This document shows positions 19,163 through 28,308 of a stretch of DNA of 64,000 nucleotides, one piece after another. The notes under the pieces are model-generated. The model searched no databases. It was not told where the DNA came from and saw only the letters and a list, made by a program, of their open reading frames with translations. Position 1 is the stretch's first letter. Each line of letters starts with the position of its first letter. Source of the stretch: Promethearchaeota archaeon (GTDB lineage Archaea > Asgardarchaeota > Lokiarchaeia > Sigyniarchaeales > SOKP01); NCBI GenBank assembly GCA_048940445.1, contig JBHLON010000005.1:32001-96000 (forward strand). Reading direction: 5' to 3'. The translations under genes were made by a program, and so were the position numbers.

Positions 19163-19447
19163 TTATTTAGGGATTTCTACAGTCTCCTTCATCCTCTTAT
19201 CTAATTTAGCTTTCTTAATCGCTGTTTCTACATCTTCATGTTTAGCGCCCTTTTTAATCTCGATTATGTCAGCTAGAGGTTCAATATGGTTATAATTGAC
19301 TCTTCTCCTTCGAACTTTTAAACCATCGATTATAACAAAGTTCTTATCAATGATATCTACTATAACACAGTAATTTCCTGCTTCTCTTCCCATTGTTTTT
19401 ACACAAACTCTTCCTATATCATAAATACTCATATAATTCGTCACCAA
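19163..19447 (-). CDS. rpl14e: 50S ribosomal protein eL14
   Basis: IGRVCVKTMGREAGNYCVIVDIIDKNFVIIDG. Confidence 0.96.
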   Translation of the reverse strand: MVTNYMSIYDIGRVCVKTMGREAGNYCVIVDIIDKNFVIIDGLKVRRRRVNYNHIEPLADIIEIKKGAKHEDVETAIKKAKLDKRMKETVEIPK

Positions 19448-19564
19448 ATTACTTTAAGTTCATTTATCATTACTGAATCTTAGTTTCAGTAAGGATAAAT
19501 ATTTATTTGTAAATTAAGAAATTATACAAAAAATAAATCTTTTATGGTTTGTGAAGTAGAAGGT

Positions 19565-20101
19565 TTAGGCCCTTTTATTCAATTTTTTAATGATAATATC
19601 CACTATTTCTCCAATCGTTAAATTCTCAGTATTAATTGTTAAATCGAAATTTTCATTTATTTCATTCAGATTGGTTATGTCAATTTGGTATAATCTCTGG
19701 AAACGCGTGGCTTCTGATCGTTCTCTCAAAATTGTTTCTTTTAATTTTTCTTCATATGGAGTCTTATCTCTAGAACACATCCTTTTAACTCTGATATCAA
19801 TTGGACATGCTAAATAGATTCTAAAGTCTGCTATTTCTTTAAGAAGAAATCCACTTAATTGACTTTCTATTATGATATCTCCTTTTTTAGCGATTTGAAT
19901 GATTTTTTCATCCAAGTTAAGATCTATATCTGGATTGTTTTCAACATATTCTGTAAATTCTTTTAGGCTCATATTTTTTTCACGTGCTAATTCTCTGAAA
20001 GCTTCGCCTGTAGAATAATATCTATGATCAAGAGCATTAGCAATTAATTTACCAATTGTTGATTTTCCAGTTCCATGAAGGCCTGAAATTGTAATAATCA
20101 C
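19565..20101 (-). CDS. cmk: Cytidylate kinase (archaeal type)
   Basis: ITISGLHGTGKSTI, STGEAFRELA, NPDID; located between eL34 and eL14. Confidence 0.93.
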   Translation of the reverse strand: MIITISGLHGTGKSTIGKLIANALDHRYYSTGEAFRELAREKNMSLKEFTEYVENNPDIDLNLDEKIIQIAKKGDIIIESQLSGFLLKEIADFRIYLACPIDIRVKRMCSRDKTPYEEKLKETILRERSEATRFQRLYQIDITNLNEINENFDLTINTENLTIGEIVDIIIKKLNKRA

Positions 20102-20163
20102 ATCTATTAACCTTGTGGAATGTGATTGAAAAATAAAAATTAAACAAGGATATTAAAAGACGC

Positions 20164-20433
20164 TTATAACTGCCATACAGTTTCTTTAAGAATACTTTGT
20201 AAGCATTTAGCACAGTATTGTCCACTCGCAATTCTATTTGCTCTTCTAGATGTCTTATCTGTTTTTTTCATTTTAGAAGGTCGTAGTCGCGAGATTGATT
20301 GAAGTGGTTTTTTACATACGATACATCGGACTTTACTTGGCTTTCTTCTCCAATAGTGAGTTGTTGTACGGTTTCCTGGAGTTTTTAGCTTTTTTCTTGC
20401 TTGTGTCTTTGATCTTAATCCTGGTCTTGGCAA
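20164..20433 (-). CDS. rpl34e: 50S ribosomal protein eL34
   Basis: MPRPGLRS, KTPGNR, CIVC...CAKC zinc motif. Confidence 0.95.
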   Translation of the reverse strand: MPRPGLRSKTQARKKLKTPGNRTTTHYWRRKPSKVRCIVCKKPLQSISRLRPSKMKKTDKTSRRANRIASGQYCAKCLQSILKETVWQL

Positions 20434-20515
20434 GTTGGTTCCCTTTAGAATCTTTAATTAAAATTTGCCACTTAAATTGATATATTATAAAGTTGAAACA
20501 AGTTAATTAATTTTA

Positions 20516-21178
20516 TTATTTTGAATAATCTCTCAAATTCAATTTCTCTTGAAATTCTTGATACAATTTGTATAAATCATCTTCAATTGACTCTCTAAAA
20601 TTCTTGTTTTTAGTAAACTTTGAGTAGTTGTTTATAACGTTTTTATAAATACTTTCAAAGTTTAATCGTATCAATTCTAAACCCGGAAATTTTTCTAGAT
20701 TTTCTTTTATATCCTCGAATAGTTGTGATGTAATACTTTTATTGTCTAATGCATTTAATCTAAACGCATCTATTAGAGTGATAAACGAAGAAGTAATTTG
20801 AGAAGTAACCCCAGGAAGTTCAAGCATAGATGAGCTAATTGATTTCCTCTGCAAATATGATTTATCAATACTTTCTCGGTCCTGATTTTTTGAAAAATCA
20901 AGCTCGGATACGGTGTTTATTATATCAATAGCTTTAAAATAATTTTCATTAAATTTCATATAATCCAAAAATTCAGTAAGATCAATTTTTTGTTCTTTTA
21001 ATTGGAAATTGATTTTTAAAAGATCATTCATACAACTTTTAATAGATTTTTGGAAAAAATTGTGGTTTAAATTACCATTTTGATACTTTTTATACAATGT
21101 AAGTATTGTATTAACAACTGAATAGAGATCTGATTCAATATCGGCTATTTTTTTTTTCTTTTTTCCTTCTTCAGACAT
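20516..21178 (-). CDS. vps28: Vps28-like (ESCRT-I) protein
   Basis: SDLYSVVNT..LYKKY (N-domain), ITSSFITLIDAFRL and IEDDLYKLYQEF (C-domain) resemble Vps28 FITxMDxLRL and FDLExAYxxF motifs. Confidence 0.72.
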   Translation of the reverse strand: MSEEGKKKKKIADIESDLYSVVNTILTLYKKYQNGNLNHNFFQKSIKSCMNDLLKINFQLKEQKIDLTEFLDYMKFNENYFKAIDIINTVSELDFSKNQDRESIDKSYLQRKSISSSMLELPGVTSQITSSFITLIDAFRLNALDNKSITSQLFEDIKENLEKFPGLELIRLNFESIYKNVINNYSKFTKNKNFRESIEDDLYKLYQEFQEKLNLRDYSK

Positions 21179-21246
21179 TTATTACTTTAATAGATTAATA
21201 TATAATGATTATATAAAATGAAGATTTAGGATTAATAAATTTATCT

Positions 21247-22155
21247 TCAAAATGTTGAGCCTAAAAAGAAGAAAAGTCCTGCTACTAGTATACCAATTAT
21301 TAAAGACGATATTAAAACTCTTGTTGTGGAGGAGTTTGACAATTCTCTTATCGAAAGCGTAACTAAAATTGGAACCCATATTCCAATCGTTATTGCATCA
21401 ATAGAATGTAATATAATCCATGTAGAAGAAGTAAATATATTATTAAATACTGATGGATCAAACAAGCCCAAGATATTAATAGGAACGGAGCTAAATCCAA
21501 CTAGTGTAATAATAATTTCAATTAGGTTGATTAAAATAAAAGGAGAGAATGAGCAAAACATCATTCTATACTTAAAGGCTTGTTGTTGATGCAAAGTTCC
21601 TCCTTTATAAATGCTAAAAGGGCTCATTTCTGCTTCACGATATTTTTCTTTTGCATCTTTTCCTAAATACAATTCTAATTTTTCTGAAAATCCAACTGTA
21701 TAATTGGCTCCTTTGGTAAATAGCCAAATCACTATGAAACCAAAAATAAAATAGTATGCTAATCCAAATAGAAAAAATGCAGTAAAAATAGTTAAATTAT
21801 AGAAAAAGATTCTAAAGTCAAGGGGAGGGACGTCTTGTATATTAAAATGTGAAAAGAAAGCCAATCCTAAAAATCCATAGAGTAGCGCATTAAAGATTAA
21901 TATTAAATAACCTGGAGCTGACTTTCTACGATGATTAATGCTCCAAAATGCCTTATTGGGTTTAGTAAATAACCACAATATGATCTTATACCAAGGATCC
22001 GGAGTAGTCCAATCTAATTCAATACGTTTAAAAATTGAAAACTTTTCAATTTTTTCAAATCTTAACCTTTTACCACAGAAAGTACAGACGAAGAAATCTG
22101 CACGAACTTCATTACCGCATCTAGGGCATCGTAATTGAGTTATTATGGTTGCCAT
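21247..22155 (-). CDS. Zinc-ribbon plus Yip1-like membrane protein
   Basis: CPRC..CTFCG N-terminus, LFTKPNKAFWSI amphipathic motif, about 5 TM segments. Confidence 0.65.
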   Translation of the reverse strand: MATIITQLRCPRCGNEVRADFFVCTFCGKRLRFEKIEKFSIFKRIELDWTTPDPWYKIILWLFTKPNKAFWSINHRRKSAPGYLILIFNALLYGFLGLAFFSHFNIQDVPPLDFRIFFYNLTIFTAFFLFGLAYYFIFGFIVIWLFTKGANYTVGFSEKLELYLGKDAKEKYREAEMSPFSIYKGGTLHQQQAFKYRMMFCSFSPFILINLIEIIITLVGFSSVPINILGLFDPSVFNNIFTSSTWIILHSIDAITIGIWVPILVTLSIRELSNSSTTRVLISSLIIGILVAGLFFFLGSTF

Positions 22156-22281
22156 ATTGACTTCTAACTATTTAATTTTTTATATAATTCATATAATTAT
22201 AATCATTTATATGTTTTTATGAAAAAATTTTACTTTTCGCAATTTGAACTCTTAAAATATGATTTTAAAAGGAAATAAAAT

Positions 22282-23352
22282 TTAAAAATATTTAATTATC
22301 AAAGATTTCTTATCTTGAATAATTTCATAATCTCTATTAGTAAAAAGTTTCACTAACTCTAAATTGGTTTTAGTATGACTAGTAATTTCAAGCACTTTAA
22401 TAGATGAAGATTCTTTAACAAAGGCCATGAGTGGGATTAACTGATCACTTAGGTAATTATCGACAGGAATTTGATTGAAAACGTACTTTAAAATTTCCCT
22501 TGACGCCACTTTTCCTAATCTTTCTGAACTTAAATTTCTCTCACCAAGTATGGTCCCCGATGAAATGATTGCTCCTGAATCAGAGTGTGCCCAAAGACAG
22601 ACTCCTACTCCTGGACTGATAGATTTAACCCTAGAACAACTTATATCCATTTCGAAATTTGTATTTCGTTTTATTTCTCGTCTTATTGAATTTTTAATTC
22701 TCTCTCCAATATCCTTCTGTATTAGATTTGAAACAATTATTTCACCCTCAATTAGGTCAATATTTCCTAGTTCGGTAAGGTTGAGTGGCTTTAATTTCAT
22801 TTTAGGTGGTAAGATTTTACATTTAGTCAAGGCTCCTCCTTTCGGGTAAAATCCGAATTCTTCTATTTTAATTACAAGTTCAAGACCACTCATTTTGAAG
22901 AATGGATATGTTACGTTCATTAAGTAATTTAAGCTTGGAGCCCATTTACCAAAAGTACCTCCTCCTTTAATAGAAATCATGATCTGATCATTATGAGAAA
23001 ATCTAAGACTAGAAATCTGAATTGGTTGAATTAATAAGCCAATACTAGCTGCAGTGTCAACATTGACGTTTAAATGATCTTTAATTCTCAGATTTGGGTT
23101 AAAAGTTATTTCCTCTGTACCAATTTTGCATTCTCCATTTATGGCATTAAGTTGACTGCCAGTTAATTTAGCTAAAGTTTGCAATCCTAGAAGATGTTGA
23201 AGGCGTAAACCTCTTTGAGGACGATTAGCCCGAATATTAAATATTCTTATTGGTTGATCAAATAGAAGTGAAAATCCAGCCGCTATACGTAAAATAGAAC
23301 CCCCGCCTTCCCCAAAAGCACCATTAATTTCTAAGTATTTTTTCTTACTCAT
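22282..23352 (-). CDS. rtcA: RNA 3'-terminal phosphate cyclase
   Basis: GEGGGSILR, IRANRPQRGLRLQHL, GFYPKGG, LSDQL, catalytic His in TSHTKTN. Confidence 0.93.
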   Translation of the reverse strand: MSKKKYLEINGAFGEGGGSILRIAAGFSLLFDQPIRIFNIRANRPQRGLRLQHLLGLQTLAKLTGSQLNAINGECKIGTEEITFNPNLRIKDHLNVNVDTAASIGLLIQPIQISSLRFSHNDQIMISIKGGGTFGKWAPSLNYLMNVTYPFFKMSGLELVIKIEEFGFYPKGGALTKCKILPPKMKLKPLNLTELGNIDLIEGEIIVSNLIQKDIGERIKNSIRREIKRNTNFEMDISCSRVKSISPGVGVCLWAHSDSGAIISSGTILGERNLSSERLGKVASREILKYVFNQIPVDNYLSDQLIPLMAFVKESSSIKVLEITSHTKTNLELVKLFTNRDYEIIQDKKSLIIKYF

Positions 23353-23354
23353 AA

Positions 23355-24506
23355 CTAATTTGTTTCAATATATAGCTGTTTGATTCTTTCTATTCCATTC
23401 TTTTGAATTATTAAATTAGCTACTTCTTTGGGTACTAAACTCTTCCACTCTTGATTGTTTTTATTAATCAATTCTCTAACATTAGAGCCATTATACTTTT
23501 TCTTAAAGATTGTTATTTTCTTCCCCAATTTATATCCCTTGGCCTTAAACAGTTGCCTTACCCATTCACTATTAGAATATATTATATCAAATTCCCCTAC
23601 AATAGATTTAACATGGTTAACCCATTCTTTAGCATTAAATATGTCTGGAATTTCATAAATCTTATATTTCGAGGAACTTATACTTCTTTTTTCTAGAGCG
23701 GTTCTAAGAAATTGGACTCTTTCTTTGCTAGAAAAAGGATTAGTCTTAGTATCAGAGAGTTGAGAGCTACCAATCCCTATTTTAACGAAGTTATGATTTT
23801 TATAAAGTTGATTAAGCACATATAAATGTCCATGATGCAGTGGTTGAAATCTTCCAATAAATAGAGCAATGTCTTTTTTTATAGGATTATTTTTTTGATT
23901 ATCTAACTGGAAATATTTAGTAGGGTCCAATTCAGAAATCTCTTTCCAAATTCTTTTTGAATAATCAATGTATTTTTCATTTTCTAATATATTTTTTAAT
24001 TCTGATTTATTATAAAATCTGCTTTCCTTAACGTCTAATTCTTCTGGATTAGGTTTTAATTCAATATCACATTCTACCAAGCCTAAAAAGATATACGCAA
24101 TTTCCAAGGTTTTTTCATTCGTCTCAGCATTTAGATCATAAAATTTAATTTGAATAAGCGTATTTGGGGATATTCCAAATTCTTCTTGTAATTCTCTTTT
24201 TGCATTATATGTAATATCGTTTATATCGAGATTTTTTTTGTAGATTACATGCCCTGAAGCAGAATCTGTAAAGTATTCTGGAAACTCTTTCTTTTTTTTA
24301 CTTCTTTTTTGGACAAGAAAATGAATGTCATTTGCTGGTGAAATAGCGATTATAAAGACTCGAATAATTAAGTGACTGACTTTTTTTCTGTGAGCCTCTT
24401 GTCTTTCCATAGGATAAACAAATTTTGAAATTTGACCCGAATGTAGATATTTTATATTTTTTTCATCAATGCAAGCTAAGATTTCTTTTTCCATGAGTCT
24501 AGCCAA
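23355..24506 (-). CDS. Nudix domain fused to NMN adenylyltransferase (NadM)
   Basis: N-terminal QKRS..K..FP..SASGH...AKRELQEEFG; C-terminal FIGRFQPLHHGH, IGIGSSQ, NPFS..ER, W..LVP. Confidence 0.88.
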   Translation of the reverse strand: MARLMEKEILACIDEKNIKYLHSGQISKFVYPMERQEAHRKKVSHLIIRVFIIAISPANDIHFLVQKRSKKKKEFPEYFTDSASGHVIYKKNLDINDITYNAKRELQEEFGISPNTLIQIKFYDLNAETNEKTLEIAYIFLGLVECDIELKPNPEELDVKESRFYNKSELKNILENEKYIDYSKRIWKEISELDPTKYFQLDNQKNNPIKKDIALFIGRFQPLHHGHLYVLNQLYKNHNFVKIGIGSSQLSDTKTNPFSSKERVQFLRTALEKRSISSSKYKIYEIPDIFNAKEWVNHVKSIVGEFDIIYSNSEWVRQLFKAKGYKLGKKITIFKKKYNGSNVRELINKNNQEWKSLVPKEVANLIIQKNGIERIKQLYIETN

Positions 24507-24507
24507 G

Positions 24508-25344
24508 TTAATTAATTCTAATTATGATAGTATCACCAACTTTAAATCCCATTCTTTCTGCAGCATTTCCTTGATTAAGAGAAATTTCTAATAATCCAGA
24601 GGACCCTTCTAAAAATAAAATTGAGTTCTTTTCTACATTATTGTAATAAGTTGTAAAAGGTCCAATATACTCTTTATCATTTATAAATAAGTGAATCTTA
24701 TCACCCTCTTTCAACGTTAAAAGAGAATTTCCTATCTTTTCTTGGTTTAATGGAACATTTGTAATACTATTTCCAAATTCATCGATATAAATGATCATAG
24801 CTTCTATTTTCCTGTCTGATAGAGAAATTTTATACTTATAGGGGATTTCTACTAAATCTTTAGGATTAAATGGTGGCCCAAATTCTTTTAAATCATGATT
24901 TTTAGAAATATAGGCAGCAACAGGTGCCATTATATCTCTCCCATGAAAAGTATTAGAAACTGGTTTCAAAAAGTATTTTTCGTTTTTTATGTTTACGCAT
25001 TCAACTATATCATTTAATGTAAAAAGATTTGTAAAGATTCCATTGTTAGGTCCAATGAAGTAGTAGTTAGATGTTATTTTGATTGCCACAATCTCTCTTA
25101 GAGAGCCCACTCCAGGATCTACAACTATAACAAAAATTGAATCATTAGGGAAGTAATTATAACACGCTTTTATTAAGAAGGAAGCTTCATACAAATTGTG
25201 GCGACTAACGTTATGATTTATATCTATTATATGAACATTAGGATTAATGTTTAATATTACAGCTTTTATGGTCGCAACATAATGTAAACCCCGTGTTCCA
25301 AAATCTGTAATTAAACCGATAATTCTTTTGTTCAAATTGCCCAT
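24508..25344 (-). CDS. SAM hydroxide adenosyltransferase (DUF62, chlorinase/fluorinase family)
   Basis: LITDFG, VVDPGVGS, GPNNG, SNTFHGRDIMAP, IDEFGN, LEISLNQGNAA. Confidence 0.93.
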   Translation of the reverse strand: MGNLNKRIIGLITDFGTRGLHYVATIKAVILNINPNVHIIDINHNVSRHNLYEASFLIKACYNYFPNDSIFVIVVDPGVGSLREIVAIKITSNYYFIGPNNGIFTNLFTLNDIVECVNIKNEKYFLKPVSNTFHGRDIMAPVAAYISKNHDLKEFGPPFNPKDLVEIPYKYKISLSDRKIEAMIIYIDEFGNSITNVPLNQEKIGNSLLTLKEGDKIHLFINDKEYIGPFTTYYNNVEKNSILFLEGSSGLLEISLNQGNAAERMGFKVGDTIIIRIN

Positions 25345-25350
25345 TTTTCA

Positions 25351-26250
25351 TTAATCTTTATATTTTTCGTCTACTTTGTAGAACTCTTCCAATGCTTTAG
25401 ACTTTAATCTGTATTCTTCCTCTTTTTCAAACTCTACTAGCTTTTTCGATAATTCACTTGCTTCTTTGTATGACAAATAAGCTGAATGAAAATCATCATT
25501 TCTCAAAGAATTTTTAGCATCTTGTACCAATTTATCTCTCTCCTTAGATATTTCTGGAACTTTTTCTGAAAAGTTAGCCTTCTCATTCAAGGATTCAGCA
25601 ATATCTATTAAATACAAAGAATTTGCCATATCTGCAGCTCTTTTATAAAACTTTGCTGCTTTCTCATAATCAAGTGATTTCAAAGCATTCTCAGCGATAT
25701 CATATTGTTCTGAAACTTTTTCATGTTCGCCATTTTCTACCTTTTTCAGAAGATCCTGAGCAATTTTTCTTTCATTCTTTCCTCCACTTAACATAAATTT
25801 CGTAATAGAGATAATGCTTGATTTCAAGGCATCTGGCTTTAAAATATCAATAAAGGGTTCTAGATGTTCATAGTAAATATCTTTTAAAATTGGTTTAAAT
25901 TCGTCTTTAGACAAAGTTAATAAATTTAAACCAATAACTTCAATTGCTTCTGCACCCAATTTAAGAGAAGAACGAAATTTTTCAGGTTTATCATTCTCAT
26001 TCAGTAATAAGCCTATAATTGTTCCCGATGCTTTTCGAGACAATTTTCCTTTGAATTTATATATATAAGAGAAAATTTGGAAATCTTTTATTTTTAAGAG
26101 ATTATATTCATTTTTCCCATGATCAAGATTCAATCTTAGAAAAAGATCATTCGAAACTTCAAAATTTGACTTACCTTCTTTAAAGTAATAGCCCAAAATT
26201 CTATAATCGGCTTCTAAAGGTAATAAAATTACAAAACTTCCTATTGGCAT
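25351..26250 (-). CDS. Hypothetical protein; possible longin-like N-domain and TPR/MIT-like helical C-domain
   Basis: Beta-beta-alpha-beta3-alpha pattern at N-terminus; twice-repeated A..AL...D(Y/F)..A...YK.A.. helical motif. Confidence 0.6.
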   Translation of the reverse strand: MPIGSFVILLPLEADYRILGYYFKEGKSNFEVSNDLFLRLNLDHGKNEYNLLKIKDFQIFSYIYKFKGKLSRKASGTIIGLLLNENDKPEKFRSSLKLGAEAIEVIGLNLLTLSKDEFKPILKDIYYEHLEPFIDILKPDALKSSIISITKFMLSGGKNERKIAQDLLKKVENGEHEKVSEQYDIAENALKSLDYEKAAKFYKRAADMANSLYLIDIAESLNEKANFSEKVPEISKERDKLVQDAKNSLRNDDFHSAYLSYKEASELSKKLVEFEKEEEYRLKSKALEEFYKVDEKYKD

Positions 26251-26324
26251 CGTTATTAAGTCTCCATTAAATTAATTAATACTAAAATATAATAAATGTT
26301 AATCATCCAAATTTAAAGAGTTTA

Positions 26325-26744
26325 CTATTCCTTACAACTCATTATTCTGTTTGTTTCTTCTCTGATTGATTGGATTATGTTTAATAGTTGCGCGTAATAA
26401 AGGTTATTGGATACATTCTTAGCCGCCTGTCTAATTATTTCTATTGCCTTTTTTTCTTCTTCTGTTATACTTTCTAATGATTTTTTTTCATACAACTCTT
26501 TAACCTTTGCATTAAAATCATCTGCAATTTCTTGAATACTCTCACTCGATTTCATTCTAAACTGTTTAAGCACTTCTACAATGAGGCGGATATTTTCATT
26601 GACAGATATAGTTTCTTCAGAAAATTTCTGTGACATAGCTTGAATTGATGTACTCATATGATTAATCTGGGCAATTGTTCCATCTAATGAAGATGTTATT
26701 TGATTAATTTTATTTATCATCTCATTTAATAAATTTTCTGCCAT
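26325..26744 (-). CDS. Hypothetical coiled-coil protein
   Basis: 139 aa, heptad pattern, GGTGA upstream. Confidence 0.75.
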   Translation of the reverse strand: MAENLLNEMINKINQITSSLDGTIAQINHMSTSIQAMSQKFSEETISVNENIRLIVEVLKQFRMKSSESIQEIADDFNAKVKELYEKKSLESITEEEKKAIEIIRQAAKNVSNNLYYAQLLNIIQSIREETNRIMSCKE

Positions 26745-26756
26745 GAGTTCACCTTT

Positions 26757-27161
26757 TTATAATTTTGTGGAGGAATATTGTTTTAAATTTTTTACAGAAC
26801 TTATAGCCTCAGATAATAATAAATTCACAGTATCTTGATTTAAGACTTCTCCTGATAGTTTTTGAAATTCATCAAGTTTTTTTATTAAAGTGTTTAAAGC
26901 ATCCAACCCCAATCCTTCTTTAATGCTTTTTAATTCCAATTTAGTGCTTTCACCAATATCTCTTAGAACTTCAATGTGTTTCGTTTGAGTAATTTCTATT
27001 TCCTCTGAAAATGATTTTAACTTTTCGTTTAGATTGGTAATTTTTTCCTCGATATTTTTATTTAAGCCATCCAAGGAAGTGTTTAGCGCTTGGATTGCTT
27101 GACCTAATTGAGCTATTCTTTTATAAATAGAATTTAATAAATCTGTTAGCATTTCAGCCAT
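26757..27161 (-). CDS. Hypothetical coiled-coil protein, probable paralog of neighbour
   Basis: 134 aa, heptad pattern, shared MAE.L...I.Q...SLDG N-terminus. Confidence 0.75.
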   Translation of the reverse strand: MAEMLTDLLNSIYKRIAQLGQAIQALNTSLDGLNKNIEEKITNLNEKLKSFSEEIEITQTKHIEVLRDIGESTKLELKSIKEGLGLDALNTLIKKLDEFQKLSGEVLNQDTVNLLLSEAISSVKNLKQYSSTKL

Positions 27162-27341
27162 GATCTTCTCGCTCTTAAATATAAATAATTAAATTCTTAA
27201 TAAATTCATTTTGTAGCTTTAATTATAAATATAACAGAGTACAACAATAAAAAAATTTTTATGTTTTTGAAACTTTTGAATTTTTAAGGAAAATATTTTT
27301 TTAAATGTACAGAAGACTTTAGATAAAATTATCATTCTCTT

Positions 27342-27520
27342 GGGCCATTAGCTCAGACTGGTTAACAAGGTTTTAAAAGCTTGGTCAAAAAGCGCAGGTC
27401 TTATAAATGACCGACGGACATACATCAAATTAAATTGTCTGTTATTAGTAAAAACCTGAGTCTCATTGTGTTTCCATCAATGAGTGAAGGAAATCCGGGG
27501 TTCAAATCCCCGATGGCCCA
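27342..27520 (+). tRNA. tRNA-Ile(UAU) with three introns (27365-27389, 27407-27453, 27461-27492)
   Basis: Acceptor GGGCCAT/ATGGCCC, A73, anticodon arm CAGGT-CTTATAA-ACCTG, T arm CGGGG-TTCAAAT-CCCCG; removing 25+47+32 nt leaves a 75-nt tRNA. Confidence 0.88.
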
Positions 27521-27531
27521 TTTTTAAAATA

Positions 27532-28212
27532 TTATTTATCTAAATTTGTTGAAATTAAGTTTAAAGTCCACTTCTTTATCTGCATAAGATTTTTTAACAA
27601 TCCTGCTACAAGATTTTCAGGAAACGGTTTTTCTTGGTCAAGATTTTGGACTATGGTCATCCACTTATTTAGGGCTAATTGTACTAGACTCGCACCATCG
27701 GCTTCCATAAATATAGGTATTACCGCAGCACTCTCTCTAGCATCCCCAATAGAGAAATAAATCTTTCTATTCATATCTTTTAACATTACTAAATTTGCGC
27801 ATTCATCCAATTTACGTTCTACTAAAATCATTTTAAGTATTTGAGTTTGAATATCTTTATTCTTTTTTATGAATTGTTCTTTTCTGTTGATTATAAGAGG
27901 TTGTATTTCCGTTACAAGTTTATCTCCAGTGGAATCCTTTGGAAAAAATTTAGTCAATTTGATTACATCGTCTAAGACTTCAATATTAATGAATTTTTTA
28001 GTGTTAGAATAAAAAATTGTTTGAAATCCTCCTTTATCTTCACTAGGAGAGAGTTTAATGAAAATATTTCTCATTGTGATTGAATTACAACAATGATATG
28101 CTAATTCGAATAATTCTTTTGAAGTTAATGGGTTATATGGTATTTGAATATCTTTGAAGAGCCATTGTGAAGATATAACATTATTAAACTGATTTAAAAG
28201 TCGATTCTCCAT
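27532..28212 (-). CDS. Hypothetical protein
   Basis: 226-aa ORF, no recognised motif. Confidence 0.7.
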   Translation of the reverse strand: MENRLLNQFNNVISSQWLFKDIQIPYNPLTSKELFELAYHCCNSITMRNIFIKLSPSEDKGGFQTIFYSNTKKFINIEVLDDVIKLTKFFPKDSTGDKLVTEIQPLIINRKEQFIKKNKDIQTQILKMILVERKLDECANLVMLKDMNRKIYFSIGDARESAAVIPIFMEADGASLVQLALNKWMTIVQNLDQEKPFPENLVAGLLKNLMQIKKWTLNLISTNLDK

Positions 28213-28308
28213 AATTAGATAACATAATAGTATTTATTATTATATAGTTCTATTCATTTTTATTTATTTTTATTATTTATGTAGAAGAATTAAATAATTT
28301 GATTGATT

